A stretch of DNA of 34,193 bases, taken from a virus. The stretch lies in IMG/VR virus record IMGVR_UViG_3300045988_182940, positions 1 through 34,193 of that record. One strand, 5' to 3'. Shown piece after piece: positions 1 to 6,641 of the stretch; position 1 is the stretch's first letter, and each line of letters starts with the position of its first letter. Below the pieces are notes generated by a model. It had not been told where the DNA came from. It searched no databases and saw only the letters and a program-made list of their open reading frames with translations. Both the position numbers and the translations under genes were made by a program.

Positions 1-119
1 GCTTTTTTGTTATGGAGAAAGCATTATGGCGGAAGAGTTCAAAAAGACCGGACTTATGGACGGAATGGGCGAAAACAATGATGACGACGATTTCAAAAAC
101 GACCCCGAGGGCGGCGGGA
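1..119. repeat. Terminal direct repeat, copy 1 (identical to 34075-34193)
   Basis: gcttttttgttatggagaaagcattatggcgg...gagggcggcggga was read at both ends of the window. Confidence 0.97.
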
Positions 120-937
120 ACAAAGCACTTCGTTTGCCGTTCGCACTGTGCAAAGCAAAGGGCATAAAGATACAGGATTGGTGGACACCTCGCGACGCTT
201 GGAACGCGTTAAAGAACGGCGGATATGTCGAAGATGTGGACGAAGAATACGCTAAACACTTGAAAGAAGAAAAGCGCGAGAAAGATAAAAAGTGGCGCAA
301 AGAGAACCCCGGGCGTGTTGCCATGTGGAAAAAGCGCGCCGAAATCAAGAAAGCGCAACTCAAAAACCCCGAGCATAATCCGGATAAGAGTTATATTCAC
401 GAGGACGGTAAGATTGCCGGTGCCGCCAAAGGTAAGCCGATGACGTTTGAACAGGCGGACAGCGGAAGCGTAAATCCCTATTATGGAACGGAGCAAATCG
501 GCTATGTAACCAACTGTCAAACTTGCGTGGCAACGTTTGTTGCTCGAAAACTCGGCTACGATGTAAAAGCATTGCCGAACCTCAACAACAAAAACATAGC
601 AGACCTATCGCATAATGTATCGCTTGCTTATCTCGATAAAGACGGAAATCACCCGAAACAAGAAAGTAGCGACGGCTCGTTAATGAGCGAACCCGGAAAG
701 ACGTACGCGTTGCGTTGGGCTTGGAAAGGCAGAAGTTCGGGACATATCGTCCTGATGATGAACGACGGACAAGGAACGTATTTATATGACCCGCAAACGA
801 ACACGAAGTATAGCGGCAAATCGGCATATTCGTTCATATCTCGTGGTTATGGTTTCAAAAAAATGGATTTGACCGATTGCACAATCGATGAAAAATTCTG
901 CGATAAAATCATGAAAGGAGTAAAGAAAAATGGATGA
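26..937 (+). CDS. Late effector/toxin candidate with a charged N-terminal half and a C-terminal papain-fold Cys-His-Asp domain (Tox-PL1/glutamine-deamidase-like; a CHAP or NlpC/P60-type hydrolase is the alternative)
   Basis: GGAG lies 8 nt upstream of the ATG. Motifs: NPYYG..GYVTNCQTCVATFVARKLGYDVKALP (Cys164), SSGHIVLMM (His240), YLYDPQ (Asp255). The N-terminus MAEEFKKTGLMDGMGEN is shared with the 1142 gene. Confidence 0.55.
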   Translation: MAEEFKKTGLMDGMGENNDDDDFKNDPEGGGNKALRLPFALCKAKGIKIQDWWTPRDAWNALKNGGYVEDVDEEYAKHLKEEKREKDKKWRKENPGRVAMWKKRAEIKKAQLKNPEHNPDKSYIHEDGKIAGAAKGKPMTFEQADSGSVNPYYGTEQIGYVTNCQTCVATFVARKLGYDVKALPNLNNKNIADLSHNVSLAYLDKDGNHPKQESSDGSLMSEPGKTYALRWAWKGRSSGHIVLMMNDGQGTYLYDPQTNTKYSGKSAYSFISRGYGFKKMDLTDCTIDEKFCDKIMKGVKKNG

Positions 938-1130
938 AATAAAAACACTCGTCGAAGAACTCGGCGCAAAGTCTTATAAAAAAGGCAAATCGTGGAACGG
1001 TTACGAGGTGTATATTCCCGTTTATACCGGTAATCCTTGTGTAGGCTTGCCTCTCGTGGTGCTTGTAAAGGGCGGCAAAGCAAGAATAAGCAACGCCAAA
1101 GAGGCAATTGATTACCTCAATTACGAATAA
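930..1130 (+). CDS. 66-aa protein translationally coupled to the papain-fold gene; candidate immunity or cognate partner
   Basis: The start overlaps the upstream stop (ATGGATGA). AAAGGAG lies 9 nt upstream. No TM segment or signal peptide. Confidence 0.5.
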   Translation: MDEIKTLVEELGAKSYKKGKSWNGYEVYIPVYTGNPCVGLPLVVLVKGGKARISNAKEAIDYLNYE

Positions 1131-1141
1131 ATCGGAGAAAC

Positions 1142-2071
1142 ATGGCAGATGAATTTAAGAAAAGCGGTTTGTTGGACGGCTTAGGTGAAAACGACGAAAT
1201 AGAACGTTGGATAACGGTCAAAGGCAATCACGTTCCGATAAAGAAAGGACAGTCGCAGGAAGAAGCAATCAAGCAGGCTTTCGGAGAAGCGGAAAAGACG
1301 CCCGAAATGAAGAAAAGCGGGCATATGGACGGCTTGGGAGAGTATAGCGAGAAAACTTCGGATGATACCGCCGAATCGGGATATAAAAGCGTAGACACGA
1401 AAACGTTTGTAAACACGCTGGCGGAAGCAAAAGCAACTGTTGCCAAAGACCGCCCGCAAGACGCTTGGAGAGTTTCGTCCCCGAATAGCGCAGTGTTTGA
1501 CGAAGAACATCCGAATGCAAAGAAATACACCACTCCCGGCGGAAGCACCGTTGCTATAACGCCCGACGGAGATATAGTGGCGGTTTGTAAGAGTACAAAC
1601 GACAGTTTGCACGGCAAACAGTTAATACAATTTGCAGTAAAGAACGGTGGGAACAAGTTAGACGCTTTCAGTGGATTGTGGAAGTTTTACACGCAGAACG
1701 GTTTTGAGCCTGTTTCGTGGACGCATTTCGTTGATAAAGAAGATGTGCGCCCCGACGATTGGAAACCCGAATACGGGAAAGAACCAGTTGTATTTTACAA
1801 ATATACAGGCAAAGCGACAAACGAATCACTTGAAGATTTTAAAAACAGAGTGCCGGAGAGCAAAGACTACTTTGCGGCGCAGAAAATAAGAGATGACCAA
1901 ATAAACGGAAAAGTCAAAGGGGTACATGCTATGACAAAAGAAAAAGAAGAGCAAATTAAGAGATTGGCAAAAGAAAAAGGTTTATCTTTTGCAAGCGCAA
2001 AGCGGATGCTTGAAGAAATGGAAGCGGATGATTTTGATTACGAACAATATATGGCTGAAATAGCATATTAA
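1142..2071 (+). CDS. Late effector candidate with a GNAT-like (acetyltransferase-fold) central domain and two copies of the shared leader motif
   Basis: GGAG SD. MADEFKKSGLLDGLGEN at residues 1-17 and EMKKSGHMDGLGEY at residues 55-68. Core STVAITPDGDIVAVCK...GKQLIQFAVKNGGNKLDAFSGLWKFYTQNGFEPV resembles GNAT motif A/B. Confidence 0.45.
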   Translation: MADEFKKSGLLDGLGENDEIERWITVKGNHVPIKKGQSQEEAIKQAFGEAEKTPEMKKSGHMDGLGEYSEKTSDDTAESGYKSVDTKTFVNTLAEAKATVAKDRPQDAWRVSSPNSAVFDEEHPNAKKYTTPGGSTVAITPDGDIVAVCKSTNDSLHGKQLIQFAVKNGGNKLDAFSGLWKFYTQNGFEPVSWTHFVDKEDVRPDDWKPEYGKEPVVFYKYTGKATNESLEDFKNRVPESKDYFAAQKIRDDQINGKVKGVHAMTKEKEEQIKRLAKEKGLSFASAKRMLEEMEADDFDYEQYMAEIAY

Positions 2072-2113
2072 AATCAAAAGCAAATATGGTTAAAAAACAG
2101 GAGGTAAAGAAGA

Positions 2114-2359
2114 ATGAAAGAAGTTGCTCCTACTTACGAAGAATTTTACAAAGAAGTAAAAGAGGGCTTTCGTTTTTGGTGGAAGAGCCTTTCCGAAAAA
2201 GAAGTCGATGACTATTTACATTCAGAAGAAGCACAAGAAGAAATCAAGTATAGATATAACGAAAATCTGAACGAGTTTAACAAAGGCGAAATTGACCGCA
2301 AAACGTTTATGATAGGTGGCGCAAGTTCAGTAGCATACTGCTTGCAAATGATGTACTAA
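2114..2359 (+). CDS. Hypothetical 81-aa protein downstream of the GNAT-like gene
   Basis: ORF track; AGGAGG SD 8 nt upstream. Confidence 0.6.
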   Translation: MKEVAPTYEEFYKEVKEGFRFWWKSLSEKEVDDYLHSEEAQEEIKYRYNENLNEFNKGEIDRKTFMIGGASSVAYCLQMMY

Positions 2360-2372
2360 GGAGAAAAAGGGA

Positions 2373-2522
2373 ATGAAAACATACTATGTATACGATACGC
2401 AGACGGACGAGTTTCTTTGTGAGGTGCGTGCATGGTCGGTGGTAGACGCCGAAATAAGAGCGTGCAAACAATTGAACAAAGGAAGCGACGATGTTTATGC
2501 GTTCACGGAGAAATTATACTAA
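2373..2522 (+). CDS. Hypothetical 49-aa protein (MKTYYVYDTQTDEFLCEVRAWSVVDAEIRACKQLNKGSDDVYAFTEKLY), below the ORF-track size cutoff
   Basis: Translated by hand. GGAGAAAAAGGG lies upstream of the ATG at 2373. It is tightly packed between neighbouring genes. Confidence 0.45.
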   Translation: MKTYYVYDTQTDEFLCEVRAWSVVDAEIRACKQLNKGSDDVYAFTEKLY

Positions 2523-2548
2523 CTAAAAACAAAAGGAGCAATAGAAGA

Positions 2549-2683
2549 ATGACGGCAGGCTTATTGGCGTACATATTTACCGGAATTGCGTTGGTAGCTT
2601 TTTATGTTTGTACTATTCTTTTGGTAACATCCGCCGACAAAGACGACAAAAAAGATAAAAAAGATAAAAAAGACGACAACTAA
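2549..2683 (+). CDS. 44-aa single-pass membrane protein with a DKDDKKDKKDKKDDN tail
   Basis: Internal ATG of the 2432 ORF, preceded by AAAGGAG. Hydrophobic helix LLAYIFTGIALVAFYVCTILLV. The longer ORF start overlaps the 2373 gene and has no SD. Confidence 0.5.
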   Translation: MTAGLLAYIFTGIALVAFYVCTILLVTSADKDDKKDKKDKKDDN

Positions 2684-2690
2684 AAACAAA

Positions 2691-2720
2691 AGGAGCAGAC
2701 AAAAAATCTGCTCCTTTTAA
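2691..2720. terminator. Intrinsic terminator between convergent gene sets, probably bidirectional
   Basis: AGGAGCAGA (2691-2699), a 7-nt loop, then TCTGCTCCT (2707-2715) followed by TTT. An A-run precedes the stem, which supplies the U-tract on the opposite strand. Confidence 0.8.
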
Positions 2721-2722
2721 TA

Positions 2723-2890
2723 TTACTTTTGCAAAGATTTAAGATACTGTTCAATCAGGAAGAGGATATATTCGGGTGGCTTTCTCGTCCCTTGCTCCCA
2801 ATTTCGGATAGTAGCAACGGGTACGTGAACAAGCAAAGCGAATTTACTTTGCGATAGCCCGGTAGAGGCTCGGAGTTCTTTAATCGTCAT
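2723..2890 (-). CDS. 55-aa XRE/MqsA-like helix-turn-helix protein (MTIKELRASTGLSQSKFALLVHVPVATIRNWEQGTRKPPEYILFLIEQYLKSLQK); last gene of the reverse cassette
   Basis: Translated by hand (below the ORF-track cutoff). AGAGGA SD 7 nt upstream. Classic HTH pattern LSQ..FA.....(V)..I..WE.G.R.P. Confidence 0.8.
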   Translation of the reverse strand: MTIKELRASTGLSQSKFALLVHVPVATIRNWEQGTRKPPEYILFLIEQYLKSLQK

Positions 2891-2901
2891 AGTTTAATCC
2901 T

Positions 2902-3117
2902 CTAATTTTCTTCGTATGCGTCGTTAAAACTTTCGGTTGAAAAATCGCTTTCGGTGCTTTGCTTGTACAAATCAATCTTATATTGGCTATATAGTTCTTC
3001 AACCGCTTCGCGCAAAGTTAAATCGTTTTTCTTTGCATAACTTTTTACTTCCTTACTATCCTTTTCGCTTAGGTAACAAGTATAAGTTACCGTTGCTTTA
3101 ACTTCGACTATAATCAT
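2902..3117 (-). CDS. Hypothetical 71-aa protein with an acidic C-terminus (ESDFSTESFNDAYEEN)
   Basis: ORF track. AAGGAG SD. The stop lies 11 nt before the HTH gene start. AT-rich codon usage. Confidence 0.6.
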   Translation of the reverse strand: MIIVEVKATVTYTCYLSEKDSKEVKSYAKKNDLTLREAVEELYSQYKIDLYKQSTESDFSTESFNDAYEEN

Positions 3118-3171
3118 TTTTCATACTCCTTTAATAGTCCGTCAATAATTTTATGAAAACTATAATATGCC

Positions 3172-3528
3172 TCAGACTGCTGTCCATTTTGTTATTAAAA
3201 ATATATCGTCAAATGCGCGAATAGAATATCTTCCGTTTAATGCGTATAATCTGTGGTTTTCTGCTATTGGATGATTATTGTCGATACCGTCGCAATCGTC
3301 AATCAAGATATGAGCGTTATTAAATCTTGCCGTGCCTAAATAATTGCTGTTATGCTCATAGTCTATGTTTTGATTTTTGCAATAATTTTCAAGTTCTTCG
3401 TAATTATCAAAAATGATAGCATACGTGTTTCCGTCCTCGCCATTTTGTTTTGGATAAGCAATAACATTGCCGTTTCCGCAATCGATTGCTAAACTACTTA
3501 TGTCGCTGTATGTGTCTATAACTTTCAT
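3172..3528 (-). CDS. Hypothetical 118-aa acidic, N/D-rich protein
   Basis: ORF track. AAGGAG SD. AT-rich compared with the flanking phage genes. Confidence 0.65.
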   Translation of the reverse strand: MKVIDTYSDISSLAIDCGNGNVIAYPKQNGEDGNTYAIIFDNYEELENYCKNQNIDYEHNSNYLGTARFNNAHILIDDCDGIDNNHPIAENHRLYALNGRYSIRAFDDIFLITKWTAV

Positions 3529-3575
3529 AATTTACTCCTTGCTTGCGTTTGACCGCACAAGCGCGGTTAATTATT

Positions 3576-3896
3576 TTAAGCGACGAAAATTTTTCTGTCG
3601 CATTTAGCCTGAGTTTTCTTTCCATAAAGCGAATACCACTTATCAGCCGTCGAGGTTATAAGCGTTTGCGCTTTTTCATTGTCGTTAGCAAAAACAGCTT
3701 CAAGGATATCTTTAACAGCACTTTCGCTTTGTTCGACAGAGTGGTTATCGTCATATCCGAAGTAATCGGCAAGGTTATACAGCTCTTGCATAAACCACTT
3801 TTCAACTTTAAGCTCGCCGCGCTTTGCTTTCCCGTAGATAACGCTTATCTGTCCTTTGCTGAACTCCGTTGCTTTCTGATAACCGTACTGCTTCAT
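3576..3896 (-). CDS. Hypothetical 106-aa protein, first gene of the reverse cassette, with a possible N-terminal HTH-like segment (QKATEFSKGQISVIYGKAKRG)
   Basis: ORF track; GAGGAG SD 6 nt upstream of the ATG at 3896. Confidence 0.6.
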   Translation of the reverse strand: MKQYGYQKATEFSKGQISVIYGKAKRGELKVEKWFMQELYNLADYFGYDDNHSVEQSESAVKDILEAVFANDNEKAQTLITSTADKWYSLYGKKTQAKCDRKIFVA

Positions 3897-3945
3897 TTTA
3901 AGCTCCTCGGACGATTTATTTCGTCCATTTGTTTTATCTGTCTAT

Positions 3946-3974
3946 ATTGTACCACATTGACATATATTTGTCAA
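3946..3974 (-). promoter_or_regulatory. Near-consensus leftward promoter for the reverse cassette (TTGACA-17-TGgTACAAT)
   Basis: On the minus strand, -35 TTGACA = 3974-3969, a 17-nt spacer follows, and -10 TACAAT = 3951-3946 preceded by TGg. Confidence 0.65.
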
Positions 3975-3986
3975 GCATTTTTTAAT
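3957..3986 (+). promoter_or_regulatory. Possible rightward promoter for the packaging/head operon; its -35 forms a palindrome with the leftward -35
   Basis: TTGACA (3957-3962), then 18 nt, then TTTAAT (3981-3986). TTGACAtatattTGTCAA is a perfect 6+6 inverted repeat. The -10 is only 5/6 and lacks the conserved A at position 2. Confidence 0.35.
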
Positions 3987-4077
3987 AAAAATCTAAAAAA
4001 AATCTAAAAAAATGAAAACAATCTCAAAAATGGGGTTGTTTTTTTATTTGGGAAAAACTTTTAAGGAGAAAAAAATT

Positions 4078-4398
4078 ATGGCAACAAATTTAACACGCGA
4101 AGATATGAAACGCATGATGAGTGCGAATCCGAGCATGAGAGAACCGGAAGAAGAGATAAAGGAGAAAGTCTATCCAAATATAGCAAAAGAGCGCGTAGAG
4201 CAAGAGTTAGACGAGTTACACGAAAAGATACTTAAATTGACTTGCTTTCTATACGGCAGAAAAATACCGGAGCGCGTTGTAACGCCTGAAATGCGTGAGC
4301 TTATGAAACAACAGCTCAAACACATGCAAGCGTATGCAGGAACGCTTCAAGACCGTTTAATCATATGGGACTTGTACAAAAACGAACATAAGGAGTAA
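4078..4398 (+). CDS. Hypothetical 106-aa helical protein upstream of the small terminase
   Basis: Internal ATG of the 4012 ORF, preceded by AAGGAG. The 4012 start lacks an SD. Confidence 0.6.
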   Translation: MATNLTREDMKRMMSANPSMREPEEEIKEKVYPNIAKERVEQELDELHEKILKLTCFLYGRKIPERVVTPEMRELMKQQLKHMQAYAGTLQDRLIIWDLYKNEHKE

Positions 4399-4402
4399 GA
4401 CT

Positions 4403-4861
4403 ATGCCAAAAAAGAAAAATTCAGAGCCGAAGGAGCGGTACAGAGCCGAGTGGTTAGGTCAACCGCTAACCGCCGAGGAAGCGCGAGCAAAAGGCAAGGC
4501 GGGCGGCATTAAGTCGGGACAGGTTCGTAAAGAGAAAAAAACGCTAAGAGAAACGATGAAATTGCTTCTTAAAGAGCAGTTCAAATTCAACAATCCCGTA
4601 ACGGACGAGTTCACAAGCGGCGACGGTTATGCTATGTGGTGCGCACAGGTAACGGCAGGCGCATTAAAAGGCGACAGAAAGTGCCTTGAATACCTGCGTG
4701 ATATTATCGGGGAGAATCCGTCCACCAAAGTTGTTGGTGCGGAAGAAGAGCCGCTCCGTAAGGTGGAAATAGAGTTTGTAGACAAAAGCAAGCGTTCTAA
4801 AACGGAAAGCGACCCGAAAATAGTCGGAGAGCAAAGTCCGACCGTCAGCGATGAAAGTTGA
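4403..4861 (+). CDS. terS: Terminase small subunit (probable)
   Basis: 152 aa, directly upstream of and overlapping terL. Basic N-terminus with KGKAGGIKSGQVRKEKK, a pattern common in small terminases. Confidence 0.6.
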   Translation: MPKKKNSEPKERYRAEWLGQPLTAEEARAKGKAGGIKSGQVRKEKKTLRETMKLLLKEQFKFNNPVTDEFTSGDGYAMWCAQVTAGALKGDRKCLEYLRDIIGENPSTKVVGAEEEPLRKVEIEFVDKSKRSKTESDPKIVGEQSPTVSDES

Positions 4862-6287
4862 GATTGCGGACGTATATGAACCTGCGTTCGATATGTCCAC
4901 GCCGAAATGTTGTAAAAACCTATGGTATGCGCCGAGAGCGTGCGGCAAATCGTCAGCGTTAGGTCGTATCTTATGGCTGTATTACATTAGCTTTCCCGAT
5001 TATGACGTGGCGATAGGCGTAGACAGTCTTACAAACGCGGGCGACGGCGTATTAAGCGAGTTTCAGTCGTTCCTTGAAAGCGAGAACCTTGCGGACGATT
5101 GGATATTCAGTGCCAAATCGTGCTATATGAAAGGCGCGCGTAATCAGATACGCTCGTATGCTGTTCAGACGAATAAGTTAGACAACGTGAACGCAACGAA
5201 GTCGAAGAAGCTCATACGTCCTGTTTCGTTGTTCGTAATGGACGAAGTGCAGAAGTTGCATAACAAAGGAATTTTGGATAACTGTTTATCCACGTTCTTA
5301 CGACAGATGAAAGCAGGGCATAGCAAGGTTATCCTTGCAGGAAACCCCGACCGTGCGGCGATGTGGTTTGATGACTACTACAAAGTCAAGTCGGAAGATG
5401 ACGAGTGGACGGTTATAAAGCCGACATATCTCGATATCATAGCGTGGCTTCCCGACGCTTTAATTCACGAAATCGAGATGATGAGAAAAACCGACCCGGT
5501 GTCGTACGCTCAAATATACTTAGGCGACCTCGAAGTAGCGGGCTGGGAACAAACGTTTCATTCGTTTATCGAAAGAGAGCATTATATTCCGAGAGAAGAG
5601 TTACTTGCCGCTCCGCAAAAGACGGGCGATATGCTTCACTCTATCGTTATCGGCATAGACGACGCGGAAAGCCAAGACGCCATAGCGGGCGAAGCCGTTA
5701 TGGTGCAGAGAAACGGACATATGAAAGTCAACGAGGGATTGTATCGCTCTTGCAAGGAATTACCGGTAAAGCCTGCACTTACGGAGCGGTGTGATATCGT
5801 AGCAGAGTATCTCGACTATATACAGGCGCATTTCAATCCCGAGCGTGCGATACCGATAATAATGGTGTTCGACTGCGCAAGCGGTATGTATAGACAAATG
5901 GCGGTTATGAAACGGACAGACCGCAATTTTATGAGGTGGAGAAACGTGTTATTAAAGCCTTACACAACCAAAGGAGAGAAAGAGGAACAATTGGACGAAG
6001 TAAACACGGCGTTTGCGAACGGGATATTGAAAGTCGTAAACGTAGACAGGTATTCGCCGAAGTATTCAAACGCTATGCTTGTCAAACAGATAAAAGCGTT
6101 GCGGTACTTGGACAACAAGAAGATAGACCCGACCATTCCGAACGACTGTACGGACGCATTGCAGTACGCGGTTATGACCGTGCTTGCGAATCCGTATCGT
6201 TTGTCGTTCCCGGAAAGACGCGCTATTTACGACGCGGACAACGGAGCGGAAACGTTCCTCGAAAAACTGAAATATGGAGAACTGTAA
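4851..6287 (+). CDS. terL: Terminase large subunit
   Basis: 478 aa. Walker A-like PRACGKSS, Walker B LFVMDEV, AGNP coupling motif, and the nuclease-domain acidic motif VIGIDDAES. Confidence 0.9.
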   Translation: MKVEIADVYEPAFDMSTPKCCKNLWYAPRACGKSSALGRILWLYYISFPDYDVAIGVDSLTNAGDGVLSEFQSFLESENLADDWIFSAKSCYMKGARNQIRSYAVQTNKLDNVNATKSKKLIRPVSLFVMDEVQKLHNKGILDNCLSTFLRQMKAGHSKVILAGNPDRAAMWFDDYYKVKSEDDEWTVIKPTYLDIIAWLPDALIHEIEMMRKTDPVSYAQIYLGDLEVAGWEQTFHSFIEREHYIPREELLAAPQKTGDMLHSIVIGIDDAESQDAIAGEAVMVQRNGHMKVNEGLYRSCKELPVKPALTERCDIVAEYLDYIQAHFNPERAIPIIMVFDCASGMYRQMAVMKRTDRNFMRWRNVLLKPYTTKGEKEEQLDEVNTAFANGILKVVNVDRYSPKYSNAMLVKQIKALRYLDNKKIDPTIPNDCTDALQYAVMTVLANPYRLSFPERRAIYDADNGAETFLEKLKYGEL

Positions 6288-6640
6288 TGAGATTAAGAGA
6301 GTTTTTGAACGGCGATATAGCATACACGCGTGCGGAGAAAGAGATACGCGAATGGGTAGAAACAGCATATCCGGGAATAAGCATAGAATTTTATCCGCAC
6401 TTGGAGCTTGTGCGAACGAATAAGCGTGCTATATCCGAAAGACGTTGCAGAAAGATAACCGAAGTGGTCAATATCAAGATAGGCGAGATATTGGAGAAAC
6501 ACTCGGAAGAAATCTACATCGGGGAGCGGTTAGACCGTATCTGGAAGAAACACCCCGAGTTTGACGCGGAAGTCGAGAGTATAGACGACATAAAGAAAAA
6601 CCCGCTCTTTCTCTCGTACCTGAAAGAGTTGATAATCTGA
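6287..6640 (+). CDS. Hypothetical 117-aa protein between terL and portal
   Basis: The ATG overlaps the terL stop (TAATG). This is the in-frame tail of the 5936 ORF. Confidence 0.55.
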   Translation: MRLREFLNGDIAYTRAEKEIREWVETAYPGISIEFYPHLELVRTNKRAISERRCRKITEVVNIKIGEILEKHSEEIYIGERLDRIWKKHPEFDAEVESIDDIKKNPLFLSYLKELII

Positions 6641-6641
6641 G

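Noticed and set aside
1-119. Terminal repeat as a biological direct terminal repeat or an LTR of a mobile element
   Set aside because: The repeat boundary cuts through a promoter-leader-CDS unit, and its length is typical of an assembler overlap. Without read-level data, the circular-assembly explanation is simpler.
2639-2680. aaagacgacaaaaaagataaaaaagataaaaaagacgacaac, a short tandem repeat
   Set aside because: It simply encodes the KD-rich tail (DKDDKKDKKDKKDDN) of the 44-aa membrane peptide. It is not an independent element.
3543-4007. 154-aa plus-strand ORF overlapping the 3576-3896 minus-strand gene and the promoter region
   Set aside because: No SD. The hydrophobic, F/L-rich product is typical of an AT-rich antisense frame. 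The minus-strand gene has a strong GAGGAG SD and operon context.
5405-6286. Alternative-frame ORFs inside terL (5405-5794, and the 5' part of 5936-6640)
   Set aside because: Arg-rich out-of-frame translations within the terminase gene. Only the 3' part from the ATG at 6287 is retained as a gene.
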